A stretch of DNA of 64,000 bases. Source: Takakia lepidozioides (Eukaryota; Plantae; Bryophyta). The notes beneath the pieces are model-generated. The model searched no databases, was not told the DNA's origin, and was given only the letters and a program-made list of their open reading frames with translations. Location of the stretch: positions 89,962,001 through 90,026,000 of the forward strand of contig CM060731.1 of assembly GCA_030704615.1 (NCBI GenBank), in the 5' to 3' direction. The position numbers and the translations under genes were made by a program. The stretch's first letter is position 1. Every line of letters begins with the position of its first letter. Positions 1 through 12,425 of this stretch are shown piece by piece.

Positions 1-421
1 TGACAGAAATATGCTCCTCCCATCCTCGCTCTCTGCCAACATGGTTGGAACACCGGACCTCTATCCATCATCACGGCCGGTACTAGAGATGGCATTCACA
101 ATGCCAGCATCACCGCACTACACAAAACCTTTAAAATCTCTATCTCCCCTATACACAAATGCTTCAAAGTTATACACCTTAGGGCACACCGCTCCCTAAC
201 AACCATCATAACCAACAAACGTCAACTCGAATCCAACCTACCCTTGATATCCTAGGCCCCCCGGGTTACCCCGGGTGCCCTAGGTACCCCTGATACCCCT
301 ACCCCCAGGTACTCGATGTCCCCTGGACACCTGTCTTCTTAGGGGGCCTACCCCCGAGAGGGGGCAGTAGCCGTAAGGCGAACTGGCTCTTATGCCGTTA
401 CGCCGGCTTTGGCCGGAGTCA

Positions 422-444
422 TCTCTCTCTCTCTCTCTCTCTCT
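422..444. repeat. (TC)n microsatellite
   Basis: Run tctctctc... directly visible. Confidence 0.9.
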
Positions 445-981
445 GCAACTCGAGTATGATGACCATCGCCCTGTTCTTTTCAAGGGGAGGTGGTTCCAAC
501 CCCACACCGTAGGGTGACGAGCCCTGAGCACGCACGGTCAGGGTGACATCATATTAGCTAGGGGGGTCGTGGTAAGTCGCGGTGTAGGTTGGGCTCACTG
601 AACCGCCTACCCAACTGCGGTTAGTGTAGGGGGTCCGTGGTTGTAGATGGTGTCTATGGTCAATAACTAATTCCTACCGGCAAAACGGAGTTGAATACTC
701 ATTTTCACAGGGTGAGTTTGCGTTTTCTAAGTCCTACGGGACTACTACACTTGTTTCAGTAACTGCCTTCCAAGTCTTTTATTAACTAATTCGTACTGCC
801 TAGGCCTACGAGCCGCCTATAGCCGGGATGTATTTTTATCCCTTCACAAATCCTTGCTCGTGCTCCACAATGAAGTCTGAGCAACTATGGCAGACAACTC
901 CGCCATACCATACATGTCTTCCTGCTCTCCCGGAGGTGGCACATCCACTGAATGAGCGTTGCCCTCAAGCAACTCTCCAGG

Positions 982-1215
982 TCAACTCACTGCCACTTTG
1001 AATGCTGCTAGTGTCGGCATCTTGCCCCGCTGGGCAACCGCAACTCCTCCTATGAATGTCACAAGGAGCTGCACACGCCGGCCCTCCCCTGACTGCCATC
1101 CAGGCCTATAGAAAGCTGATTCCTCCCAAAAATCCAGGATGAAGCCCATGGGGTACAACACTGCCCCACCAACTAGGACATCGTACAAGACCACGTCTGT
1201 CACAATGGTCTTGGC
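982..1215 (-). mobile_element. Ty3/gypsy aspartic protease C-terminal fragment (bryophyte-type)
   Basis: Translation VTDVVLYDVLVGGAVLYPMGFILDFWEESAFYRPGWQSGEGR resembles the retropepsin C-terminal YDxLxG region. It is cut at about 1215 by the LTR of the next element. Confidence 0.6.
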
Positions 1216-2490
1216 AGTCGAGGGTTTTCGTGGTGGTTCGCCATGAAATGGCATGGCTGGTTATGAAACCCCCGCGGACAGCTACAGAAGTATATATAGG
1301 GAGTAGTAACCCCGAGAACGGTGCAAGCCCGTTGGCGACCAAAAACTAGTGAGTAAGCGAGCGAGCCGGAAAGCGACCAAAGAGTGGGGAGCTGTTCCGG
1401 ACTGCCATCTACCAAAGGGAATTCTCCTAGTCCCAAATAGGTGGAGGGTTTAGAGGGAAGCGGAAGGGGACCGTTATGTCCCGGTGAGCAGCCGAAACTC
1501 CAAGTTGGCCCGGCGGCCAGGTTGGGAGTCAGGCGCGCGCATCAAAGCGAGTAACTATGACTTGAAGGGGAGTTTACCGAACTGAGGTGTGCGACACTTG
1601 GTATCAGAGCTTAGAGTTCAGTACGCGATCGTCCTTGGGATTGGCCTCATCATGGGGTCGGGCAAGCCGAAGCGAAAGCGGAACGGCCCAAAAGATGATG
1701 ATCCCGGTGAGCCCGATGGGGCGACGTGTCACCGAGGCGGCCGTTTGAGGAAGCGATTAATGTTTCCGAAAACGAGGCCGCTCAGGAGCGGAGGAATCCG
1801 AGGAGTCGGAGCCCGAGGAATTTGAGAGCTCCGACAAACCAAGAGATGCCTCCCATGCCGGCAACCTTTTGGGAAGGGTTGTTGGCGCAGTTTGGCGGGA
1901 CGTTGAAAGACGTGTTGAAGGCGGCTAATGCCACTTCCACCAAGGCAAAGTTTAAGGTGAAGCCTAAGGAACCCGGCACCTTCGAGGGCGTTCGAAACCG
2001 GAAGGCACTCAACACCTGGCTCCTGGAGCTAGAGCAGTACTTCCGGGCGGCCAAGTTGAGTGACGAGGATCGGGTGGAAGTGGCTCCCACCTATTTGAGG
2101 GGCTATGCTCAACAATGGTGGCAGAAACGCCTTCACGACCGAGGCCCAAGCCCGGAAACCTTGAACTGGAGTGAGTTCAAGGAATTGATGAAGAGACAGT
2201 TTGTGCCCCTCAACGCATCCTGGCTTGCCCGGGACAAGATGAGGAAATTGAAGCAAACAGATGACATTCGGGGGTATGTTCAGGCTTTCAATGTGCTGTT
2301 GCTCGAAGTCGCGGACATGGCAGAACCAGAAATGGTCTTCAACTTTGTGGCGGGACTGGCCCCATGGGCTAGGCGGAAGTTGGAGGAGAAGCCACCCAAG
2401 ACTTTGAACGAGGCAATTGAGAGAGCTGAATGTTTCTCGGATGTCCGGTCGGGAGGAGTCACCTTCCCGCCGGGTCTTCTTGTGGTTCAG
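1216..2490 (+). mobile_element. LTR retrotransposon family A, copy 1 (partial 5' LTR 1216-1596, PBS, gag)
   Basis: The LTR segment matches the reverse complement of 53694-54070 and 21678-22050 and ends in ...GCGACA at 1596. PBS at 1599-1610. The gag ORF (1726-~2480) has retrotransposon-gag motifs EPGTFEG, LRGYAQQWW and LKQTDDIRGYVQAF. Confidence 0.9.
1599..1610 (+). promoter_or_regulatory. Primer-binding site (initiator tRNA-Met)
   Basis: TGGTATCAGAGC lies 2 nt after the LTR end CA. Confidence 0.9.
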
Positions 2491-2919
2491 CTAAATCACC
2501 TTCTCCCAATGCCACTCTTTCTCCGGGTGCTTGAGTTCAAGTCACTCCGCTGGAAGGGCCAATGCTTCCCTACCCCAGTGCCCCAGAAATTTGTTTTAGC
2601 ACAGGAGAGGAGCCACAACACCTATCACAATCCAATAGGTTCAAAAAGGTCCAATAAGGCTACCCTAAGTGGCTTGGGTCAATAAGTCCACTAAGTTCAA
2701 TAAGTTTCCTTAAGCCCTATAAGTTGAATCATGTGCATTTATCCTATTTAGGCATTTTTGCAATAAAACAAATGCAGAAAAATAAATAAAATTAGGAAAA
2801 TCCAGAAAATACCTCCCACGTAGGGATTCCAAAGGTATCCTTGGCACCTTTAAGGGAACCAGGTTATAACCCGGGAACTCCCGGGAACCATTCCCTGCCG
2901 CGGGAAACAACCGCGGCCT

Positions 2920-4290
2920 TACCGGATGAATTGCTTGATACAGCTTGTGCCTACAATGAGGTGCCACAACCAATAGCTGTCCAATGGTAATCTCAGCTTT
3001 GGTCTGGCATATTATTTCAGCCAGAGTCCCTTTATTACTCTGCACTTGTGCAGCTTCTTTCTTCACTTCATCTTCACCCTCTCCATCTTCTCTATCAGAA
3101 TCAGAAGAATCTGCCATAGGGATATCAGTATTCTTCTGCATTTCCCTTATGGTGTCAACCACTTCCCTGTGTAGTTCCTTCTCACCTCTCCAAGCCTCAT
3201 CATCTTCAGGCACATCACTGCCATCCTCATTATCATCTTCTTCCTCATCCACTGGAGGTATTAGTTTAGCTTTGCTTCTGGTCACTATCATTGTACTCAC
3301 TTCTGGTACAAAACATGGCCTAACCATGTGAGCTGCCACCACTGGGCCCTCATTCACAGGAGCTCTCATCTCATTCTGGTGTCTGATCCAAAATGGACAA
3401 GCTTCCTTGCGATGTCCTGCCTGGTTACAATAGTAACACAGTTCTTCCCCATTAGGTCCTCGCCCTTGGTCTGCTCTAAGATTGTTTCTATAATCCTGAT
3501 TCCCTGGCTGGTGATTCCCCCTTGGATTACCCTGATAGTTGCCTCTGGGATTGCCTTGGTAATTCCCTCTTGGATTACCTCTCCCTTCCATACCATTGTT
3601 ATAACCACCAAGCCTTCCATAGTGGTCCTGATCATTGTTTCTTCTTGGCAGGGGCTGCACTTGATGCACCCTTACTTGCCTAGGTTATCTTGCAGCTGTC
3701 TTTCTGCTGTAATAACAATTCTCAGTAGAATAGTTATCCATTTTATAGATAGTACAGTGTTTCTCCTTCATGTGGCATTCAGCTGTGGTGTGGCCTTCAT
3801 TCTGGCATTTTGCACACCAAACACCCTTCCTCCAATGTGTTGCAGCCTCTGTGGCATACTTCTTCAAGATCTCCTCCAGTCTTTTCTCATAGTTTTCCCT
3901 CTTCAACTTTTCCTTCTTCTTACTCTTCCTCTTGAGCTCTTGCTCTTCTTCTTCATCTGACTCATCTTCAGAGTCCTCATCATCCAATTTCTCTCTCCTG
4001 AGCATTCCTAACTGCTCAATTCTGTTGGCTGTTTCAAATGCCTCCTCCACTGTATTATGGGGTAGCATATCCACTTTATTTTGTAATTCAAGTCTTAATC
4101 CACTCACAAACCAGGTCTTCTGTAATCCTGGTGCTGGCACAGCAGCCAACTTTTTCATCATCAACTCCATCTTCTCCATGTACTCTTCAACAGTTTCATG
4201 TTTTTTTTTGCTTTAACTGTTGTAAACTCCCATACACTTCATCCTCAGTTTTGCTTGTCCTGAACCTATTTCGGAACGTTGTACTAAGGC
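2920..4290 (-). mobile_element. Ty3/gypsy gag fragment, family B (disrupted)
   Basis: ORFs 3685-4179 and 2710-3669 contain LQQLKQKK..VEEY and WFVSGL, zinc knuckles CAKCQNEGHTTAEC and CYYCNQAGHRKEAC, and the gag-pro linker ITIGQLLVVAPHCR. Stops and frameshifts are present. Confidence 0.8.
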
Positions 4291-4501
4291 CATTCCAGGT
4301 CTGTGTTGGTCTAAGTCTACCATCGTAAGTCTGCGCAAAAATTAAGGGTACCCCACAGAACCCATAAAAGTGTCTAAGTCCCAGACAGCCCTCTAACAAG
4401 ACTTCCTCAAAAACCCATTGCCTTTCAAATTGCATGTTGTGCGCATTTCAAGTCCAAACGTTAAATATTTCTTGCCTATGCTGTGTATTCCCTGTTTGCA
4501 G

Positions 4502-5328
4502 ATCGACAGAGAACATGTTACTACGAGCTTGGTCCACACACTATTCCGCATTCAGAGAATTGGTTTGATGAAGCTTGATGAGTTTCGCACAGTGCTACAT
4601 CCTGATGTCATCAAGAAATGCGAAACAGGAAGAGCTGCAAGGACCTGGTACTCGTTGACCCGAGATGCATTTTTGGAGTACATGTATGCGGTATGGCCCA
4701 ACCCACTTCTTCCTATCTTATTCAATACAAATTTGCAATTGTATGTCTGGTAATCCAATCATTGTTACTTGCAGCAAGAACTGGCAGAGGCCACCGAGAG
4801 GGAGAAATCTGAGTACTGCCGCATTACAGCAGAAGAGCTGAGGACTGCTAAAAGTGTTGGAGCAGCCATAAAGAAGGAGTACGAGATAAGGAGGACAAAG
4901 CTGATGTCGGCCTTCCTGAAGCAATTGAGAATAGTGGATCCCAGACTTGGGGAGGAGTTCCTTCTCCAAATCAAATCCCACTACGACAAGATGGCTTGAG
5001 ATTTGGAACTCGGATCAGACGGTGAAGGATCTGAATCAGTTCCCAAAAAGCACAATCCAGCCTGGCACCAAGGTCGAGGGAATAAGTGACATTGTTTTTT
5101 ATCAGTGGCTTCACAAGGCCACATTTTGGAGTCAGGTATTTGTGGATTCAAGTACCTGTTGTATATGAAATATCCTATAGCTTTGTCATGCGCAATTCTG
5201 ATACATGTTCACATTGCAGCTGGAGAAACGCGCCATTCTTGTCCTGGAGCAGAATTTGAAGGACTTGAATATTTCGATGGTCTCAAAACCACAGATGACC
5301 TTGGAGGCGTACATTAGAAAGTGGAAAG
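4502..5328 (+). pseudogene. Internal 3-exon fragment paralogous to the ParB-like/MTase gene
   Basis: Exons about 4502-4690, 4775-5135 and 5220-5328 with GT-AG introns. SLVHTLFRIQRIG..ARTWYSLTRDAFLEYMY aligns with NLSHMLFRVKDVG..DRTWYRLSMDAMVDYIF, and IVDPRLGEEFLLQIKSHY aligns with IADPALGADFLVEVGKHY. In-frame stop at 4997-4999. Confidence 0.75.
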
Positions 5329-5633
5329 GTCTCACGTGGCGGGGGGGGGGCTGCTATTTCATGAGCGGCATGAGCATGAGCGGAAAAAAAAAAAAAAACA
5401 TGAGCGGGCCATTGTGTGTCCACGGAAATAGGGTTAGGAGGCACGGAAATAGGGTCATGTGGACTCGTCATATCAATGAAATGCAACATTTTATTGCAAA
5501 TTTTGTGGCAAGCCACGTCTATACAAGTGTGTCCTAACTGACATAGCAGGAATGGGAACTACTCTCCTACACCTTCCGAGGAACTTGGCCCTCCTTCTTC
5601 CTCATCCCCCTCATCCCCCCCATCCTCCGAGCT

Positions 5634-8600
5634 CTATGATGCATCGGTTGCACTATGCCTCTCAAAAATTCCGTCCTCTCCTTGGAGGACTGTCCACCTC
5701 ACCTCCTGGGAATCTTCTGCCTCTTCTCCCCCACTTTCCTCAGCAGAATCCAAGACATATCTACGAGCCCGACGGGCTCTAATAGCTGCTGCCTCCTCCC
5801 TCATCTTCATTTTCTTGAGGCTTGCCTCGTCTAAAATCTGTTGTACACGACTAGGTTCGGAACACCTCCTAATGGACACCGAAGCAAGCCGGGCAGCATA
5901 AGTAGGAAGGATGTAGTCCTTTTCTGGACTAGGCATGAAATCCCCCCTGGCAAAAAAAAGCACGTTCCTCCTGTCCATGAACTCCGATGTAGACGTCCCT
6001 CCTGCAGTACTTGGCATCCTACAGTAAGAACAAATCCACTTCAAGAATGTCAATACCAGCAGAAGCAGAAAGGGTTTTCAATTAAATAAGAGAGCGAAGG
6101 GAGGTGCCTAACGAAATCTGGAGGCAACTTACAATGCGACCACTCACTCGTAAACCGGGGGCTCGGCCTCGATCCCAACTTGTTCCTCCCCTGCTCCTTC
6201 TCGGATTTTTCCTCATCCTCCGAGGATGCCTCTTCCTCTTTGGGCAGACGTTCAGCCGTTGCAAGTTCCGAGTTGTGGAGGGCAGTATCTGGCTCGAAGG
6301 CGAACACATGCCTGTCGGACAACGTCCCTGCCCACATTGAAGCATCTGAGGAACAAAGCGGGCGGTTAATAGCTTGCGGCATGCAATTGCAATCAGGCCA
6401 GGGGACAAACTGAGCACGTGAAGGCTTACCCGTGCCACATGTGAGGTCAAGAATCCGCCCTTGGACATCCGAGCACGTCTCCATGAGGGTTTGGATGAAA
6501 GCAGGGCTCCGGGTCCGGCTGTACCGCCACGGTTTGCCTGTCTTTGTGTCCTTCGGCATACTGGAGTGGGGCACATAGTTGTAGAGGACATCGTAGGTAA
6601 CAGGGTCCACAGCGGCATCAACAAGACGACCGTCGTTCGGAATTTGAACGTAGACCCTCTCTTCACAAAGCAATATGCCTCAAACACCAATGTCTGCACA
6701 TCCAACAAAAGAGGGATCAACTCCGGGATCTAGTTTAGATACACCACAATATGAGGTGAATGCAATAGATTGATAACTTATACTTTGGCCCTCTGTTCGC
6801 AACCCCTGTGTATTGATGCAGAACCATTTGAGGAGGACCGGGGTGACACTTTTGGTGTCCATCTTGCCACCGCATTTCTCTGTGGTCTTCCCTCTTGTGG
6901 CAAGGACAACCACACATCCACCGTCATCCAGGAGCATCCCCGCCAGCCCAAACCCGGCTTTCCAGTAGTCCTCAGTAAACCTGTTCCAGGTGGGCACACC
7001 ATCCAGGCCCTCCAGCAGCTCCCCATCTGGAATGTCGAGGAGAATCATATCGCAAGCTCTCCACCTCAACCCCCCCCCCCCCCCGAGTGCTCTTGCAATC
7101 CGTGCTCACAGCCGTGAAGAATTCCATCATGGCTTCAAAACCAGGGGTGTCTTTAGGCTCTGTACCGGCAGCCCTCTTCTTGGCTTTCCCCTTCTGCTCC
7201 GCCAGAGACTTGCTGTGTGCCACCTTCTTCGCCCTGGCAGCGAGAGCGTCAAGGAAGCTCTCATTGACGCATTGGATGATGGTTGGAGGTTCTAGCTTTG
7301 GCCTGTGCGTAAACGTCACCGCCGAATACCGCCGTGTAGGCTCGCCCTCAAACTTCTTGGCAGAGCCAGTCCCACTCCGAACTGACTTGGGAACCCGGAC
7401 GACCGGTGACTTGGTAGCAGCAGCAGCAGTCGCAGGACCTTGAACAAAGTCGTCGTCCGAGTCACTCCCTTGGGTCCCCTCCTGCGCCTCCTCCGATGCC
7501 CGATGGTTTTCTATTTTTTGGGTGTTACTGTACTCACCTGTTTCCTTGTCCTTTTCCTTTGGCCTTTATTCTTCTCATTCAATTTCTCCTGAATTCCTGC
7601 CTGAGCAAGCTCTGCCGCTTTCTTGGAGTTCGCAAGCGCTTTTGCCTCTTTTGGACCCAGCGGAGGCAGCGGAGCCCGGTTTCGTCGGGCCTCAGCATCC
7701 AGCTTCAATTGAAACTCGGATGGGTCGAGCGAGCCGGGCGGAAGGTCCACATACCAAGGGCAATCACGCAAATGTTCCAGATGCCACTCCTTCACAATAA
7801 TGTCAGTGTACATGGAGTCAGCCCCAGGGTTCCTCCATGCCAGGAAGAATGGTGGCTCGAAAGACAGATGACCTTTCTCCAAAAGGGAGAACTTGCAGTA
7901 CTGCATTCATGAAAAACAGAATGAGGTCCCTGAACTGGAAATTTGGCACCATTTTCCCAGGTTGGGGCGGAACTGACTGGGCCTAAGAACTGGAAAAATG
8001 GCGCTGAATTTCGGTTTTCGGTGCTAGCCATGCTAGGGACAGCCATTTTGGGAGCCCTGAACTGGAAATTCGGCGCCATTTTTTAAGGTCCGGCCCGAAA
8101 ATGGCTAAGTCCCAAAACTGACTAGGCCTAGAACTGGAAAAATGGCGCCTAATTTTGGTTTTCGGTGCCAGCCACCCTAGGGACTTAGCCATTTTGGGAG
8201 CCCAGAACTGGAAATTCGGCGCCATTTTCCCAGGTCCGGCCGAAAATGGCTAAGTCCCTGAACTGACTGGCCCTGGAATTGGAAAAATGGCGCCGAATTT
8301 CGGTTTTCGGTGCCAGCCACCCTAGGGACTTAGCCATTTTGGGAGCCCTGAACTGGAAATTCGGCGCCATTTTCTAAGGTCCGGGCCAAAAATGGCTAAG
8401 TCCTTGAACTGACTGGCCCTGGAATTGGAAAAATGGCGCCGAATTTCGGTTTTTGGTGCCAGCCACCCTAGGGACTTAGCCATTTGGGAGCCCTGAACTG
8501 GAAATTCAGCGCCATTTTGTCCGGCCCGAAAAAAGTCCCAGAAACTGGGCCTTGAAGGGAAATCTCCATCTTGAACTGATGTGCTTGTGTGTCCAGCTGC

Positions 8601-11018
8601 TCTTGCGCATTCGTCGTCACCTGTGGAGATTCTCCATCAGATCGCTTTCCTGAAAAAATACAATGAATCCACCCCCTACAAGAGTAGAAGCGCCAAACGA
8701 AGCGTGGGGAAGTACCTGAAACCACCATGTCATGCGGTTCATCCACATGTCGAATGTGGGGTCAGACAGTTTGTCCGGTTTGGGGAAGCTCCACATGTCC
8801 CTTGTACTTTGGGAACCATTCCAGATTTGGAGCCACCGGGTCTGTCCAACCACCCAGCATATTCGTAAGCGCCAAACACCACAAAAACGAGTTGTTGCCA
8901 CCACAATTTGGTTAAGAATATCACCTTTTCTGTTGCATCCACACAGGATGTGGCTAGACGATGGAGCTTCTCCAATGTCATCGTGGGCTTCAGAGCGCGG
9001 GAGTAGTGCTTCCCCACCTCCACCAGAAAGTCGGCACCAAGGGCGGGATCAGCTATGGCCACGTACTTTACCATCCGCGACTTGTACTTTATGCGGGCCC
9101 TGGCCTCCGCAGCTTTGAGATACGATTCGAGTGCCGGGAGGGTTAGATTCTTCTCCTCTGACTCCATGTAGAACCTCCGCGCATGTGCCAAATCCTGCTG
9201 AATTTTCGTCTGTCAAGAATGCGCACATAAGATTAGAGATCCTGCTCAACATTTTTTCTTCTATTGGGGGAGGAGAGACAGATTAGCTCAACAAAACAGT
9301 GAGGAGCTTTACCCGAAATATGTAGTCCACCATGGCGTCCATGCTCAGCCTATACCAGGTTCTGTCTGCCTTTGCCTTCGACTTGCGCAGGAGGTCGGCA
9401 CTGAGCGAATTGGCAAACTCTTGCACCCCCTGCTTCCCGACATCCTTCACTCGGAAGAGCATATGGGACAAGTTGGTGGCAATGAAGGCATTTCTCAGTC
9501 ACCCTGCAATGCCACATTTCCATCAAACAATACTGAAATGGGAATTTTCAACAAATATGAGGATTCGCAATGAAATGACTTACAATCGGATGGGTCCAAA
9601 AGCAAGAGGCGTTGTAACTTACGAGTTGATGTCCGCCATTGCAGCTTTGAGAAGACTGCGATCTTTGGGCCCCGCAACCTTCAGCACAACACACTCCACG
9701 GCGAAATGCCAATCGAGGTCGTTGGGGTGGGCTTCGGCTATGTGCTCCATCCATGCAGGAGGCGATGATTGTCCCACACGTAAAACATCTTTCCGGACAA
9801 GTGCTGGAAAAGAGGATCAGTAGCAATCGATCTCTCGAACTCCTCATTTCGCCTTTGCCAATGGGGACCCCATTTGTCCACCTCATCGGAAGTGTGGGCA
9901 CGGGAAGCTCCGTGGTCGTTCTCAATGGAAACGTAAAACGCGGCAGACCCCATTCGATATCCATCCCGGAAAGAGAATTTCAGCTTGTCGATATCGCCTG
10001 GGAGGGCAGGTCTCACCACCTGCAATGACACCAAGCGGCAAAGGGGAATTCAAAGCTTGGCCGGGTACACCATGCCCCCCAGCACCCTGCCAATGTTGCT
10101 GTGGGTTGCCTCCAACATCTTGGCAGCGGCCAACTTCATATCCGCCTCCGACATGACGTCTGCTGCAGAGGGGTTCTCGGCAGCCCACCAGGACCGCCAA
10201 ATCCAGCCTGTATGCTGCGGGTTTGGGGCCTGGGGATGTCCGGGAGGATGTCATCCTGGTCAGAAAGCTCGGTGTTGTCCTCCTCAACATGGTCAACCAC
10301 CGGCGAAACCACCTCGAGCACTCTCCCCGTCTCTACTGCCCTCTCCCGGCTTCACCTCGAACTTGCACAATCCGTGCTCTTTGTGGTGTTCTTTCCTCTC
10401 CTCCACTCTCCACCGTATGGGTAATTGCGGGGCTGCTCTTGCCCGCGATGGTGTAACCGGTGTGTTACTGCCTCTTTGTGGTGTCTTGGAGGGATCCACC
10501 GTCTCTGTGCGTCCCTCGCTTACATGGGCATCTGTCATTTCGGCACCCTGGCCTCTTCAATGGCTTTTCTCTTTCCTCCTGGCTAGCCTTCTGTCTTGCC
10601 TGTTCTTTTGCCCTCTCTTTTGCCCTCTCACGGGCTTTCTGTTTCTTACTAGGGCTAGCAGCAGGGGAGCCCTCCAGGACGACCACCTTTGATTGAGGAG
10701 AACTGACACCCTCGCGCGCACTGCTCACTCCCCCCTCCGTAGCCCGTGACGGCTCTCTCGCCGGGGATTGCATGTGCTTGGCTTTTCTTCTTCTTTGCGT
10801 GGGCGGGCCCTACTGCATGTGCAACAACCTCCATTGCCGGATCTGCTGTCCTCACGCCCTTCACCTGCCATGCTGCCTGCACCAACCTCCCCAATGCCTA
10901 TTCTGTCGTACTCTCGCTGCAGGTCCTCCCGTCCACCAACAAAAGGTTTTAGTTTGCCCTCCCGCCCCAAGTTGGGCGATCCAAACATGCGATGAGTTGG
11001 AGCTGTCGATGATACCAC
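5634..11018 (-). pseudogene. Multi-exon ParB/Srx-like domain + beta-class N4C/N6A DNA amino-methyltransferase fusion gene (degenerate)
   Basis: A low-complexity N-terminal region is followed by a ParB/Srx-like block at about 9623-10050: IPLCRLVSLQVVRPAL...FYVWD(G)NHRL.AW. The MTase motif IV-like sequence CDMILLDIPDG is at 7022-7055, and motif X/I-like RTRSPAFIQTLMETCSDVQGRILDLTCGT at 6430-6520 is followed by RHVFAFEPD. GT-AG introns, e.g. 9622-9504, from 9312, and 6429-6346. TGA at 10050-10052 and several frameshifts. The 5' and 3' limits are approximate. Confidence 0.75.
7930..8550. repeat. Intronic tandem array, ~145-bp unit x ~4.3
   Basis: aactggaaat(t) recurs at 7933, 8060, 8206, 8351 and 8496. 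Each unit carries the inverted pair GAAATTCGGCGCCATTTT / AAAATGGCGCCGAATTTC. Confidence 0.9.
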
Positions 11019-11929
11019 CAGTGTGTCGGGCTCGTCGTCACTCTGTCATTCCCGAAAATCGTGAGAACCAACATCGGAATGAAAACCACCATCGCAACGA
11101 GCAGCGCAACCACCATCGCAACAATCGTGGAACAACAATGAAAACAAATCCAACCAATGCCTAAGAATGACATGCACAAGCAGCCTTCTCAAGAGCTGCC
11201 GGCTTTGCACACGCATTGCAAACTATCTAAGGTTCACTCAACCGGTAACATGAAACACGATGAACAAATGAACACGAATTCCATAAGACGGAAAACAGGG
11301 TGAAATGTTTTGAAGGCACTTCATCTGCTCAGACAATCTTCTCAGCTCAGCATGGATTTCCTTAATTTTTAACCACTCTGACCTTGATCATTCTTCTCAA
11401 CAGCTCCTGCTTTTGCGATGCAACCATACGCTTCCAGCGATGCCAGGCTGAAGATGCGAAAACAAACCAAAAAACGAAGTAAACAACAAAGCGAAAGCGG
11501 AAGTGGCTTGCCTGGGAGTACTCGGCTTCAGTTGGCGCGGGTTGTGAGCAAGACACTGGAATCTCCTGCTGGAGCTTAAGTTTGGCCATGCGAGAGGTTG
11601 GCCGTCGCCCGTAGTACAAAGCCTTCAACTTCCGCCGCGGTCTGGATGTGGGGTCTCTCTCAGGAGAGCCACGCCCTTCACGCGGCATAAGTCCCAAAAA
11701 AAGAAAACAGATCTCAGTATTTTTACGTACATGCCTCGAATAGAACTTCATCCAAGTTTAGCATCAGGTTTCCAAGACGTATCGAGGAAGCAAGCGCGGA
11801 ATCCCTGTGTCGCCAGCCCGAATCAAAACCGACGGCGGAGGACATTTAATGCCCAACTACGCAATTAAATGTCGAATGAAGTATGACGCAACAAAGCCCT
11901 CCATGTCGGATGAAATATGACGCAACGAG

Positions 11930-12425
11930 GCCCAGAATTTCCATCGTAGAGGTAATTCGGAGCGCGGCCGGATGGAAATCCGGCGCCGGATTTCCATCCT
12001 GCAGGTAATTCGGAGCGCGGCGGCTGGAAATTCGGCGCCGGCAGGTAATTCGGAGCGCGGCGGATGGAAATTCGGCGCCGAATTTCCATCATGCAGGTAA
12101 GTCGGAGCGCGGCAGGTGGAAATCCGGCGCCGAGGTAAGTCGGAGCGCCGAATTTCCGTCATGCAGGTAATTCGGAGAGCGGATGGATGGAAATCCGCCG
12201 CCGAATTTCCGTCATGCAGGTAAGTCGGAGCGCGGCCGGATGGAAATCCGCCGCCGAATTTCCATCATGCAGGTAATTCGGAGCGCGGCCGGATGGAAAT
12301 CCGGCGCCGGATTTCCATCAAGCAGGTAACTCGGAGCGTGGCCGGATGGAAATTCGGCGCCGAATTTCCATCCGCCAGGTAAGTCGATGCGTCGAATTAC
12401 CATCCTGCAGGTAATTTTGAGCGTG
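11930..12425. repeat. Tandem array, ~52-bp unit with 28-bp palindrome core
   Basis: Unit is gcaggtaa(t/g)tcggagcgcggccgGATGGAAAT(T/C)CGGCGCCG(A/G)ATTTCCATC. A perfect palindrome lies at 12063-12090. Confidence 0.9.

Noticed and set aside
1-960. Possible LTR or untranslated TE sequence
   Set aside because: No second copy, PBS or coding motif supports a call.
4298-4357. ~60-bp sequence shared with 41338-41398 (aaaattaagggtacccca)
   Set aside because: It is probably a short dispersed TE/LTR-end remnant and too small to classify.
7792-8370. Repetitive ORFs (MAPNFQFRAPK...) in the 145-bp array
   Set aside because: They are by-products of stop-poor tandem repeats that interrupt the ParB-MTase coding region.
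9985-10692. 235-aa + strand ORF and similar long antisense ORFs (3328-3960, 9332-9823)
   Set aside because: They are antisense shadows of - strand coding regions.
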